Below are positions 1-8,717 of a stretch of DNA of 53,359 nt, piece after piece. A model generated the notes under the pieces. That model searched no databases. It saw only the letters and a list, made by a program, of their open reading frames with translations, and had not been told where the DNA came from. Source of the stretch: an uncultured Bdellovibrionales bacterium (GTDB taxonomy: Bacteria > Patescibacteriota > Minisyncoccia > Moranbacterales > UBA1568); assembly GCA_964597355.1 (NCBI GenBank), contig CAZQWS010000006.1, positions 1 to 53,359 of the forward strand, read 5' to 3'. A program made the translations under genes and the position numbers. The stretch's first letter is position 1. The number at the start of each line of letters is the position of its first letter.

Positions 1-155
1 ACCAAAAATTCGAGCACTGAGCGTTTGGATGGCACTGATGGAAATCCCTGGGCCAAGATAAGTATCCTGCCTGTTTGCTTTTCCGGAAAAGCCACTTCAG
101 CCACAATAGCTTTGGCAAAACGAGTACGATAGATGACTGGCTTAGAAAAAGACAT
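1..155 (-). CDS. N-terminal part of a probable alpha/beta-hydrolase-family protein, truncated by the window edge
   Basis: Hand translation from ATG at 155: MSFSKPVIYRTRFAKAIVAEVAFPEKQTGRILILAQGFPSVPSKRSVLEFL, open to position 1. The strand-GxPSxP pattern resembles the start of small hydrolases. Not in the ORF track. Confidence 0.45.
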   Translation of the reverse strand, partial: MSFSKPVIYRTRFAKAIVAEVAFPEKQTGRILILAQGFPSVPSKRSVLEFL

Positions 156-182
156 AGCGATCAATTGAATGCAAACCTCTTT

Positions 183-1433
183 TTATGGAAGATAGAGCGC
201 TGGATTGATAGTGGCACCGACCGGAATATCCTTGACACTTTTGATATTTTTGGAGGGTACCACGTCAAACGATTTGGTTGAGAACACCGTGAAGTGAAGA
301 TGGGGGCCGGTAGAGTAACCAGTATTCCCCGATTTTCCGATCGTATCCCCCTTGTTTACTTTGGCGCCCTTCTTTACGGATTGACTCGAAAGGTGTCCAT
401 ACATAGTGACGAGACCATTGCCGTGGTCGATAGCGATCCAACGACCATAGGCATAGCGGCCATTGTTACCAACGCCCACCACTTTGCCATCGGCGGCAGC
501 CAATACCTTGGTGCCTGTCGGCGCGGCATAGTCGATGCCATTGTGAAAGGTATACCAACGGGTGAAACTCGTCTTCCCATATTTCTGCGTTAGGCGCACG
601 CTGGCGAGTGGATAATCCAAAAGACCTTTTTTATACTTTGGAATATCCTTGAGGTCAAGAGCAGCTGTCTTGCCGGATTCAATATCTTCAATTTCAGATT
701 CGATAGCTTTGCGTTGTTCTTCGAGGTCATCAACAAGGGCATCATATTTCTTCACTTCTGATTGAGTCTTAGCTAGTAGTACTTCCTTAGCCTTCTTAGC
801 CCCTTCAAGCGAACGTTCCTGTTCTTCTAGATCCTGGCGCAATTTGTCAGCCTGAACTTTCTTATTCGTAAAGCCTTTGCGTTCTTCGATCAGGCTGGAA
901 CGTAAAGTTCTCAGTGATCCCAGCACTTCACGCATTTTCTGCCCCGTGCTATGGGTCCATTCTTCCGCCTGAAGCGGATTCACAAACCGAGAAGTATTGG
1001 TAATGAGTTCGAAAGAAAGCCCGTCTTTTTCCTCATACGAACCACGCATAATTTCAGTAAGAATTTTTTTCTGAGATACGATTACCATCTCTTTTTGGTC
1101 AATCCGATTTCCGAGGCTGACGATTTCCTCATTCAGAATTCGAAGTTCTTGAGCATTGGCCTGAATCTCAAGTTCAAGTCCCTTCACTTGCGCTTCAACT
1201 CCTTCAAGTTGGTCAGAAAGAACCGCCCCTTGGCGTTGTTTGAGGTCCACAATTTGTTTGTAGGCTTTGATTTTGGCTTTGATTTCATCCAATTCATCTT
1301 CACGGTCTTCGATCAAGGTATCAATACTTTCCTCGGCTGCCCATACCAAAACATGACCCAAAAGAATTTGGGACACGATAAAAAAAGAGGCGCCAATCAA
1401 GAAAAAAAATCGTTTTGGGGCGAAAAAAGACAT
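183..1433 (-). CDS. Coiled-coil plus M23 metallopeptidase (EnvC/NlpD-like murein hydrolase or activator)
   Basis: N-terminal hydrophobic signal/TM, long heptad coiled coil, C-terminal M23 motifs HNGID (HxxxD), YGHL and PHLHF (HxH). Confidence 0.9.
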   Translation of the reverse strand: MSFFAPKRFFFLIGASFFIVSQILLGHVLVWAAEESIDTLIEDREDELDEIKAKIKAYKQIVDLKQRQGAVLSDQLEGVEAQVKGLELEIQANAQELRILNEEIVSLGNRIDQKEMVIVSQKKILTEIMRGSYEEKDGLSFELITNTSRFVNPLQAEEWTHSTGQKMREVLGSLRTLRSSLIEERKGFTNKKVQADKLRQDLEEQERSLEGAKKAKEVLLAKTQSEVKKYDALVDDLEEQRKAIESEIEDIESGKTAALDLKDIPKYKKGLLDYPLASVRLTQKYGKTSFTRWYTFHNGIDYAAPTGTKVLAAADGKVVGVGNNGRYAYGRWIAIDHGNGLVTMYGHLSSQSVKKGAKVNKGDTIGKSGNTGYSTGPHLHFTVFSTKSFDVVPSKNIKSVKDIPVGATINPALYLP

Positions 1434-1460
1434 GTTAATAGTATACCATGTCCCTTGTCG

Positions 1461-1482
1461 AGTAAAAGCCTAGGCTTTTACT
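1461..1482. other. Perfect 22-bp palindrome overlapping the gltX stop codon (possible terminator or operator)
   Basis: AGTAAAAGCCTAGGCTTTTACT is its own reverse complement. Confidence 0.6.
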
Positions 1483-3026
1483 TTCGTGATGGCGGTTTCG
1501 ATGCGAAAAAGAGTTTCCGGTTTCCCCAGTACCCAGGCGACATCCATGGGTGAAGGCGAACGTTCGGCGCCAGTCAGTGCGACGCGCAATGGCCAAAGAA
1601 AATCCCCTTTCTTGTCTCCAGCCGCTTCCAAAAGTTTCGCATTGAGAACTTCATGAGCCCAGTCTGTTTCAGTGAGTGTTTCCAAAAGAGTCTTCGCTCG
1701 AGCTAATTCTTGGGCTGCCGCTTCGAGACTATTCCCCTTCCAGGCCAACAACTGAGCAGGGTAATCAACAGTCTCGACAAAGAAGAAGGGGTTACTTGCT
1801 CCAACTTCCAGAAGGGTTTTAAGTCGTTCTTGCTCGACAGTCAAAACCTTGGCCAAATACATATCACCTTGGCACTCGGTACTAGTTTTGGTATACCAAG
1901 GAGCACGTTCGATCATTCCCAAAGCTCGGACTCGGGCGAGGAGCTCGGGGACAGTGAGCCTGGTGATGTATTCATGATTCATCCAGTCGAGCTTCTTCCG
2001 GTCAAAAACAGCGGGAGCTGCATTCAAAGTCTCTAGTGAAAAGTGTTCCGCGAGCTCAGTCAGCGAAAATATTTCTTGGGTACTGCCCCTGCCTGGATTC
2101 CACCCAAGAAGCGCAATGAAATTGAGAAGCGCCTCTCGAAGATACCCCGCTTCGACAAAGGCATCTACAGAAACATCACCATCCCGTTTGGAAAGTTTTT
2201 TCTTGCCGTCCGTGCCGAGAACAACGGAGAGATGTACGAATGTCGGCGCTTCCCACTGAAATGCTTCATAGAGAAGAATATGTTTTGGCAAACTCGAAAG
2301 CCATTCTTCACCACGAAGCACATGGGTAATTTCCATGGCGTGGTCATCGACAATATTGGCGAGATGATACGTCGGATAGCCATCGGATTTGAGGAGCACA
2401 AAGTCTTCGATATCGTTTGCTTTGTATTTGAGTTCACCCCGCAACTTATCATGACAAATAATCTCGCCCCGGTTTTCTGGCACGCGGAAACGCACGACAC
2501 AGGGTTTGCCATTTTGGCAATCTTCTCTAGCAGCCTCGAGCGTCATCGCCCGACAGAGGCCGTCATAACGAGGTGGTTGTTTGGTACGTTCTTGGCGTTC
2601 TCGGAGTTCCGTGAGACGCTCCTCGGTACAAAAGCAATAATACGCATGGCCTGTATCGATCAGTTTCTTCACCGCCTCTTCATAAAGTGACAAACGTTCG
2701 GACTGAATATAGGGACCATACTTCCCCTTTTCATAGACGCCGGGATAGCGAGTCGAGAGTGTGCCCGAAAGTTCATCTTTATCAGCAAGAAAAATCGGGC
2801 CCTCATCATAGTGAAGGCCAAAGTCCTTGAGAAAGGTCATAATATTCTCGACCGCACCTGCGACAAAGCGCTTCTGGTCGGTGTCATCGATACGCAAAAT
2901 AAACTGCCCACCCGTTTTCTTGGCGAGAAGGTAGTTATAAAGTGCCGTTCGGAGTCCCCCAACGTGTTGGAGACCAGTAGGCGACGGTGCATAGCGCACC
3001 CGCACGGATTTATTTGTCTCTGACAT
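1470..3026 (-). CDS. gltX: Glutamate--tRNA ligase
   Basis: VRYAPSPTG, HIGH-like HVGG, LRIDDTD, RGEEW, KMSKS-like KLSKR, CFC zinc-knuckle region, C-terminal anticodon-binding domain (LRVALTG). Confidence 0.97.
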   Translation of the reverse strand: MSETNKSVRVRYAPSPTGLQHVGGLRTALYNYLLAKKTGGQFILRIDDTDQKRFVAGAVENIMTFLKDFGLHYDEGPIFLADKDELSGTLSTRYPGVYEKGKYGPYIQSERLSLYEEAVKKLIDTGHAYYCFCTEERLTELRERQERTKQPPRYDGLCRAMTLEAAREDCQNGKPCVVRFRVPENRGEIICHDKLRGELKYKANDIEDFVLLKSDGYPTYHLANIVDDHAMEITHVLRGEEWLSSLPKHILLYEAFQWEAPTFVHLSVVLGTDGKKKLSKRDGDVSVDAFVEAGYLREALLNFIALLGWNPGRGSTQEIFSLTELAEHFSLETLNAAPAVFDRKKLDWMNHEYITRLTVPELLARVRALGMIERAPWYTKTSTECQGDMYLAKVLTVEQERLKTLLEVGASNPFFFVETVDYPAQLLAWKGNSLEAAAQELARAKTLLETLTETDWAHEVLNAKLLEAAGDKKGDFLWPLRVALTGAERSPSPMDVAWVLGKPETLFRIETAITKVKA

Positions 3027-3038
3027 ATGTCAAATATA

Positions 3039-3091
3039 GCTTATCCAAGCGCCTTTTCCTAGTTGACTTTTTTATAAAAATATGCTAGTAT
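3039..3091 (+). promoter_or_regulatory. Cassette-1 left hairpin (GCTT-ATCC-AAGC) and sigma70 promoter
   Basis: TTGACT 3063-3068, 17-nt spacer, TG-C-TAGTAT 3083-3091 (extended -10). 30 of 31 nt identical to 42483-42513. Confidence 0.75.
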
Positions 3092-3164
3092 TTTAACTTG
3101 TACCTTCCAAGTTCGTCCCGCTAGCGGGACGAAGTTTTCCCTCTCAATAAGAAAGGTCTTTACC

Positions 3165-3764
3165 GTGGAAAAACTTCCGCTCCCGCTTGCACTGAACATC
3201 TTCGGGGCTGTTCTTGGCTCCCTTGCTGCCTGTCTCTACGCTCTGCGTGTCTGGCAGCAGAAGGAGCGAGCCAATCTCGCCACCTGGTCCATCATCCTTT
3301 TCCTCGACCTCGTGGGGCTTTACCTGACTTACGTCACCGGTAATCATGAGCCCTACATCCAGATGGGCTGGTGTATCGCGGCACTCTTCATTGTCATTGC
3401 GGCATGGGTGCGCAAGGGTGATTGGCTGTGGACGAGGACCGAAACTGTCGTGCTCGCCATCTGTGTTGCGTCGGTTTTCATCTGGCTCACAAGCGAGGCA
3501 GTGCTCATCTCGCTCCTCGGTTACCTGACGGCCGCTTATCTCTCGGTCTGGCCGCAAGCCAAGGACTACCTTCGGCATCCGGAGGTGGCACGAAAGAGCG
3601 CTTGGGTGTGGCAGGTGAGCATCATCGCCATCCTGTTCCCGCTCATGGCTAAGCTCGTTGAGCGCAAGTACGGCATCGAGCACACCCTCATCTACTACGC
3701 GTTGATCGGCCTCAACGTGATCATGGCCATGCTCTGCATGCGCCGCCCTCCGACAAGGGCATAA
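3165..3764 (+). CDS. GC-rich polytopic membrane protein (~6-7 TM), distantly PQ-loop/small-transporter-like
   Basis: GTG start after GAAAGG; alternating hydrophobic helices; two related motifs RANLATW and RKSAWVW. Spot count 38/60 GC in line 3541. Confidence 0.7.
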   Translation: MEKLPLPLALNIFGAVLGSLAACLYALRVWQQKERANLATWSIILFLDLVGLYLTYVTGNHEPYIQMGWCIAALFIVIAAWVRKGDWLWTRTETVVLAICVASVFIWLTSEAVLISLLGYLTAAYLSVWPQAKDYLRHPEVARKSAWVWQVSIIAILFPLMAKLVERKYGIEHTLIYYALIGLNVIMAMLCMRRPPTRA

Positions 3765-3765
3765 T

Positions 3766-3818
3766 CGCTGGCACGGCCAGCGTAACAGACGGCAGTCACC
3801 TGAAAAGGAGGCTGCCGT
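3766..3818 (+). terminator. Double-hairpin terminator of cassette 1
   Basis: CGCTGGC/GCCAGCG (3766-3782), then ACGGCAGTC/GGCTGCCGT (3789-3818) with inner CCT-GAAA-AGG, followed by TTAAACTTTT. Confidence 0.7.
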
Positions 3819-3850
3819 TTAAACTTTTATTCGATTATCTACCTTGCGAA

Positions 3851-3932
3851 TACTACTATACTCTATAGTATAGTAGTAAATGTATAAATTTTGATTTTGA
3901 AAAATTGATCCTATAGGCATAAATTTTCAAAA
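3851..3932. repeat. Two AT-rich inverted repeats between convergent genes
   Basis: TACTACTATACT-CTAT-AGTATAGTAGTA (3851-3878, 12-bp stem) and TTTTGAAAAATT...CCTATAGG...AAATTTTCAAAA (3895-3932). Confidence 0.7.
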
Positions 3933-3961
3933 TAGAATTCAATGAGAAAAGGGCGAGCCGA

Positions 3962-4651
3962 CTATTTCTGGCTCAAGACTTTGATTGGAAATACCACGAC
4001 AGCATTCCAGATGCGGTGGAAGCGGCTCGGCTGCTTCAACAAACGCCAGAGCCACTCGAGACCACATGAGCGCATCCATTTGGGCGCACGTGGGATAGCG
4101 CAGGTAAGAAAATCAAAAGCCCCACCGACCCCCATTACCAATCTGAAATTCGTATGGCGTGTTCGAAAGGTTTCGAGATAGAGCTCCTGAAGAGGAGCTC
4201 CGTAATTACAGAACAAAATGGCCGCTTGTGAACTTTGTGGTTCACGGAGTGAGAGCATTTCTATTTGAAGTTTCGGATAGCACTCGAGAAGCGCTGTTTT
4301 TATTGTTTCTGGACTACTCAAACCTTGTTCATAGAGCGCGAGGGCCACTCCATAGCCTTTAGCTTCAGCCAATTTCAAAATTTCATGGAGCAGATCAGCG
4401 CCTGGAAAACGATCAACTAGCTTCTCACCTACAAGCCAAAAAGGGAGGTTAATACCGACTCCGTCAGCAATCCGTAAATCGGCTTTTTTGAGCGCCTCAC
4501 GAAAATTGGGATGTGAATGGGCTAAGAGAAGAAACTCTGGATTGACGGTTGCGATACGGTGGAAACCACCCTGAAGAAGCCACTCGTCTATTGCTTGGAG
4601 GATGGCGCTTCGGGAGAGATTATCGATAGTGACGCCAAAAGTCTGTATCAT
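3962..4651 (-). CDS. WecB/TagA/CpsF family glycosyltransferase (GT26)
   Basis: IATVNPE, ADLRIADG, RFPGADL, MGVGGAFDF, RAPKWMRSCGLEWLWRL. Confidence 0.92.
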   Translation of the reverse strand: MIQTFGVTIDNLSRSAILQAIDEWLLQGGFHRIATVNPEFLLLAHSHPNFREALKKADLRIADGVGINLPFWLVGEKLVDRFPGADLLHEILKLAEAKGYGVALALYEQGLSSPETIKTALLECYPKLQIEMLSLREPQSSQAAILFCNYGAPLQELYLETFRTRHTNFRLVMGVGGAFDFLTCAIPRAPKWMRSCGLEWLWRLLKQPSRFHRIWNAVVVFPIKVLSQK

Positions 4652-4679
4652 GTATTGAGTATCTAGTATCCAGTATACT
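4645..4679. repeat. Heptamer tandem array (GTAT-N3) x5
   Basis: GTATCAT GTATTGA GTATCTA GTATCCA GTATACT, exact period 7, filling the thpR-tagA junction. Confidence 0.8.
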
Positions 4680-5227
4680 TACCCTTCAAGCGGAAATTCA
4701 GCGATCGGAACATAGGTCCGTTTGCCTTCAACACTGGTACTTTCAAATAATGTGATCGAAGAAACAGGTTCTACAAAGTTTACGTTTTTATCAAACTTTG
4801 GTTTCTCGCTCAGGGCTTCAAACTTGCCACGACGGATTTTTCCAAGCGTAATATGCGGACGAAAACTTTTTTTCTCAGGGACGAGATAACCAAGTTCACG
4901 ATCAAGGTTTTGTCGCAGTTTGAGAAGCATAGGATCATCCTCGCCATAGAGAAAAATAGCCGTAGGATGTGCGCTATCGGGAAAATAACCAATCCGATTG
5001 AAGCGAAGTTCGAAGGGAAGCACTCCTGTTACGGAGGCTTCGATTGCGGGCAGGATTTCATCGAGATTTTCCTCCGCCACAAACCCAAGGAAAAGCACCG
5101 TCACATGGAGGTTTTCCTTGCGAGTCGGGATAATCGGCCAATCTTTGAATGCCTCAATTTCTCGGCTCAAGCGCTTGGCCAAGGGAGAGGAGAGGCTGAT
5201 CCCGACAAAAAGACGTTTCGTTTGCAT
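4679..5227 (-). CDS. thpR: RNA 2',3'-cyclic phosphodiesterase (2H phosphoesterase, 2'-5' RNA ligase family)
   Basis: N-terminal RLFVGI and two HxT motifs (LHVTV, PHITL). Confidence 0.88.
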   Translation of the reverse strand: MQTKRLFVGISLSSPLAKRLSREIEAFKDWPIIPTRKENLHVTVLFLGFVAEENLDEILPAIEASVTGVLPFELRFNRIGYFPDSAHPTAIFLYGEDDPMLLKLRQNLDRELGYLVPEKKSFRPHITLGKIRRGKFEALSEKPKFDKNVNFVEPVSSITLFESTSVEGKRTYVPIAEFPLEG

Positions 5228-5315
5228 GGAGATACTTCAAAATTCTCCTTACTATAGCGAAAAAATGCCCTTTTGGCAATGCATTCTCCTTTGGTATTCT
5301 TGGTACAATAGCTCT

Positions 5316-7205
5316 ATGCCGCATCTCTATCGTATCGATATCGCCCCGTTGACACCGCTCCCTCTTACCAAGGCGCCATTTTTTAGTTACCGCTCGGACA
5401 GCGAAATTCCCTTGGGAAGCTTGGTCCAGGTCCCTTTTGGCCGTCGTTCTCTTCGGGGGATAGTCTACGCCTGTGCCCCCCTCCCCGGCCGAGCACCTCT
5501 TTGGCTTAAGCCTGTAGAACGAGTGATTCGAGCAGGATGGCTCACGCTCGAACAGCGTTCTTTGGCAGAAACTATCAGTGACACATACTTTTCTTCGCTT
5601 GGTAATACCCTGAAACACTTTGTTTTTCCTCTTTCCAACAAAGGACTCATTCCCGACCCATCATCCGCTAAAGTTTCTCAAAAAAAGTCACGCAGTCGCT
5701 CAAGCAAAGAAATGGGGCTTGAATTTGGTAATGACTTCGCCCTCTCCGAGTGGCTCAAAGAAACGCTTGAGAAAAACCTTGCCCATGAAGAAGCAACTCT
5801 TGTCTTAGTCCCCGATCTCTTTCTCCTCGCTACCCTTGAACAACGATTCCAAAAGATACTTGGGGAAAGGGTGATTGTCCTCTCCAGTAAGCTCACTCCG
5901 AAACAAATGGAGCTGGCCTGGCAAGCAATCCGCACAGGAAAGGCCAAGATCATCCTTGGCACCAGACAAGCAATTTTTGCTCCCTTTAGTAATTTGCGAC
6001 ATATCATCTTTCTCTATCCAGAGGAACGGCTTTCGTATAAACAATGGGACATGACTCCGTACTATGAAGCACTGTTTGGCGCGCGGACGCTCGCTCGTCT
6101 TTTCAAGACTTCTCTCACGCTCGTTACACCATCTCCTGGAGTTTTGAGTGAAGCTTTCCCGAAGAACTGGAAAAAAATATCAGCCCCTCAAACATCATCG
6201 CTTCTTCTCATTGACTGTCGTCTCGAGGGAAAAGGAGCTCGTTCTAAAATCTTGAGTAAAGAACTACAGAAACAACTAAAGGCTTTACCGTCTTCTGCCA
6301 AGGCTCTTTTTATGGCCAAAGAACGTGGGGTAAGTGGAGTAATGATTTGCCAACAATGCAAAACTACGGCTCGTTGTCCAAACTGTTCCCATCCTTTGGC
6401 CGAAAACAAAGAAGGAGTACTCCGATGCCTCCACTGTTTGTACGAAAGCAGCCTTTTCCCTAAATGCTCAAAATGTGGTCATATGCATTTCAAAGGATTT
6501 GGAGTCGGTACGGTCAAAGTAGAACGTGAGCTCGAACGGTATTTCCCAGAAAAACGATTTCTCTGTATCGATCGAGACAGTCTAAAAAAGACTGAGGAGT
6601 TCAAAGCGCTCGTCAAAAAATTCAGAGAACATCAGTATGATTGGGTCATTGCCACTCCAGAAATTGGGACACTTTTACAGTTGCCAAAACAGGATTTGAT
6701 TGTTATGCTGGAGGCCGACCATGCGCTTGCCTTCCCTGATTTTGAGGGTGAAGAATGGCTTGGAATAGAGGTGAAACGCCTCCAGGCGAAGCTCGGGAAC
6801 GAGGGTACGCTCGCTGTCCAAACCTTTACCCCAGAGGAACGAGTATGGCAATGGCTCTCTCAAAACCAAGAGGCAAAACTTTGGAAAGCACTTTTTGAGG
6901 AACGAGAAAGCTTTGGCTACCCCCCAGTCACTGCTATCATAAAAATAAGCCTTCCAGTAAAACCAAAAACAACTACCCCTCTCGATCTCGGCACTATTCA
7001 GAAACGGTTTGCCAAAATGTTTCAAGATAATGACCAAATAGAGATCTCTCCGATCTATACACCAAAAAAGAAATTGGGAGCGAGTACGCCGAGTTTTCTA
7101 ATAAAATATCCGGCCAGTAGCCCAATACCTGAAGATCTGAAGACTCTTCTCAAGCGAGAAAGCACTCATCTTAAAGTCGATATTCATCCCCTCCACCTTC
7201 ACTAG
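5316..7205 (+). CDS. priA: Primosomal protein N' (PriA) with degenerate helicase motifs
   Basis: 3'-binding domain (GSLVQVPFG), GTRQAIFAP, SYKQ, four CxxC zinc motifs (CQQC, CPNC, CLHC, CSKC), YPP. Start moved to ATG 5316, 6 nt after TG-G-TACAAT; the upstream part of the 4998 ORF overlaps thpR. Confidence 0.85.
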   Translation: MPHLYRIDIAPLTPLPLTKAPFFSYRSDSEIPLGSLVQVPFGRRSLRGIVYACAPLPGRAPLWLKPVERVIRAGWLTLEQRSLAETISDTYFSSLGNTLKHFVFPLSNKGLIPDPSSAKVSQKKSRSRSSKEMGLEFGNDFALSEWLKETLEKNLAHEEATLVLVPDLFLLATLEQRFQKILGERVIVLSSKLTPKQMELAWQAIRTGKAKIILGTRQAIFAPFSNLRHIIFLYPEERLSYKQWDMTPYYEALFGARTLARLFKTSLTLVTPSPGVLSEAFPKNWKKISAPQTSSLLLIDCRLEGKGARSKILSKELQKQLKALPSSAKALFMAKERGVSGVMICQQCKTTARCPNCSHPLAENKEGVLRCLHCLYESSLFPKCSKCGHMHFKGFGVGTVKVERELERYFPEKRFLCIDRDSLKKTEEFKALVKKFREHQYDWVIATPEIGTLLQLPKQDLIVMLEADHALAFPDFEGEEWLGIEVKRLQAKLGNEGTLAVQTFTPEERVWQWLSQNQEAKLWKALFEERESFGYPPVTAIIKISLPVKPKTTTPLDLGTIQKRFAKMFQDNDQIEISPIYTPKKKLGASTPSFLIKYPASSPIPEDLKTLLKRESTHLKVDIHPLHLH

Positions 7206-7222
7206 TCACTAAATTCTCCTCC

Positions 7223-7687
7223 ATGCCTGCTCATCCCGATATTGTTACCGGAGCCAAAAACGTAACGCTCCACACCAAGACGGTTCTTGTCAAAGATCCG
7301 TTGGATGAAAGTATCCAAAATCTCCTTCCAGAGATGCTTCGAATTATGCGCGAGGCGAACGGTATTGGACTGGCTGCCCCTCAGATTGGCCTGTCGCTTC
7401 GCCTCTGCGTCATCGAAATTGATGGCGTGATTCGCTACCTTATCAATCCCAAAATCACCTCCACTTCTCGGGAAAAAGTTTTCTTTGAGGAAGGCTGCCT
7501 CAGTCTCCCAGAAGAGTATTTTGAGATTGAACGCTTTGCCAAAGTAACCGTTCGCTATCAGAATGAAAAAGGCGAAGATATGAAACTCCGGGCCCATGGA
7601 CTGCTTGCATATTGCATCCAGCATGAGCTCGACCACCTCGATGGGAAGCTCATCTATGACCGCTATCACGAACAGCGGCGCAAGTAA
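7223..7687 (+). CDS. def: Peptide deformylase
   Basis: GIGLAAPQIG, EGCLS, QHELDHLDG. Confidence 0.97.
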   Translation: MPAHPDIVTGAKNVTLHTKTVLVKDPLDESIQNLLPEMLRIMREANGIGLAAPQIGLSLRLCVIEIDGVIRYLINPKITSTSREKVFFEEGCLSLPEEYFEIERFAKVTVRYQNEKGEDMKLRAHGLLAYCIQHELDHLDGKLIYDRYHEQRRK

Positions 7688-7721
7688 CTCAATCAACTGG
7701 CAAGAACCAAACACAAATACT

Positions 7722-8708
7722 ATGACCGAAACACTGTTTACAAAGACCTCCACCCCTCAAGTCCGGGTTGTCTTCATGGGGACCCCAGCTTTGAGCCAAT
7801 CCATGCTCGAGGCACTCATTAACGAAAGGTACAATGTGGTCGGTGTAGTGACTCGACCTGACCGCCCCGTTGGCCGCGAACAGACCCTTCAGGCGAGCCC
7901 GGTCAAAGAAACAGCTACAAAACACGGAATTCCCATCTTTCAACCTGAACGCCTCGATGAAGCAGCTCTCAAGGAGATCAAAGAATGGAAGCCAGACCTC
8001 ATTGTAGTAGCTGCCTACGGACGCATTCTCCCTAAGCACCTCTTAGAGTTACCTGGTTTCGGTTGTGTCAATGTCCATACGTCACTTCTCCCCCGATGGC
8101 GGGGTGCTTCCCCTATCCAAAATGCCCTTATGGCTGGTGACACAGAAACCGGAGTCACACTTATGCTCCTTGATGAAGGAATGGATACGGGTGATATAAT
8201 CGCGAAACGGGCTTGTCCTATCGACCCACATGAACGGGCTGATGCTCTGACACAAAAGCTCACTCAACTCGGCCAGGCGCTCCTCATTGAAACGCTTCCG
8301 CTTTGGGTGAAACGCAAGATCAATGCTGTCCCTCAACCAACCGAAGGAATAACGCTCTGCCAGATGATCGAGCGAGAAGACGGCCGTATTTTTTGGGATA
8401 CGCCGGCTCAAGAAATCTACAATCGTTTCCGAGGCCTTTATCCTTGGCCTGGTGTCTTCACTTTTTGGAAACGTAGCGAAGACGATATTGTTCGTCTCAA
8501 AATCCATGAGATGAACTTTCAAAAACTCACCCCCGAAGGTGCGCATCCTCTTGGAAGTGTTTTTGAAATTAGTGATAAGGTAGGCGTCACCACGAGCGAA
8601 GGTGTTATTTTTCTTGAAACGGTGCAGCCTGAAGGGAAAAACCCCATGCCCATCCAGAACTTTCTCCAAGGTAATCCTCAATTTATTGGGACAGTTCTCA
8701 TGTCTTAA
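7722..8708 (+). CDS. fmt: Methionyl-tRNA formyltransferase
   Basis: VFMGTP, VVTRPD, VAAYG, NVHTSLLPRWRGASPIQ, MDTGD; follows def. Start moved to ATG 7722. Confidence 0.96.
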   Translation: MTETLFTKTSTPQVRVVFMGTPALSQSMLEALINERYNVVGVVTRPDRPVGREQTLQASPVKETATKHGIPIFQPERLDEAALKEIKEWKPDLIVVAAYGRILPKHLLELPGFGCVNVHTSLLPRWRGASPIQNALMAGDTETGVTLMLLDEGMDTGDIIAKRACPIDPHERADALTQKLTQLGQALLIETLPLWVKRKINAVPQPTEGITLCQMIEREDGRIFWDTPAQEIYNRFRGLYPWPGVFTFWKRSEDDIVRLKIHEMNFQKLTPEGAHPLGSVFEISDKVGVTTSEGVIFLETVQPEGKNPMPIQNFLQGNPQFIGTVLMS

Positions 8709-8717
8709 TTCCTTCGT

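Noticed and set aside
4998-5315. Long N-terminal extension of priA; also upstream extensions of fmt (7596), S41 (11671), GT4 (14911), dehydrogenase (18466), cassette 2 (31279), ugd (46643) and the GT2s (48048, 49273)
   Set aside because: They overlap neighbouring genes, promoters or repeats; downstream ATGs fit family N-termini and promoter spacing better.
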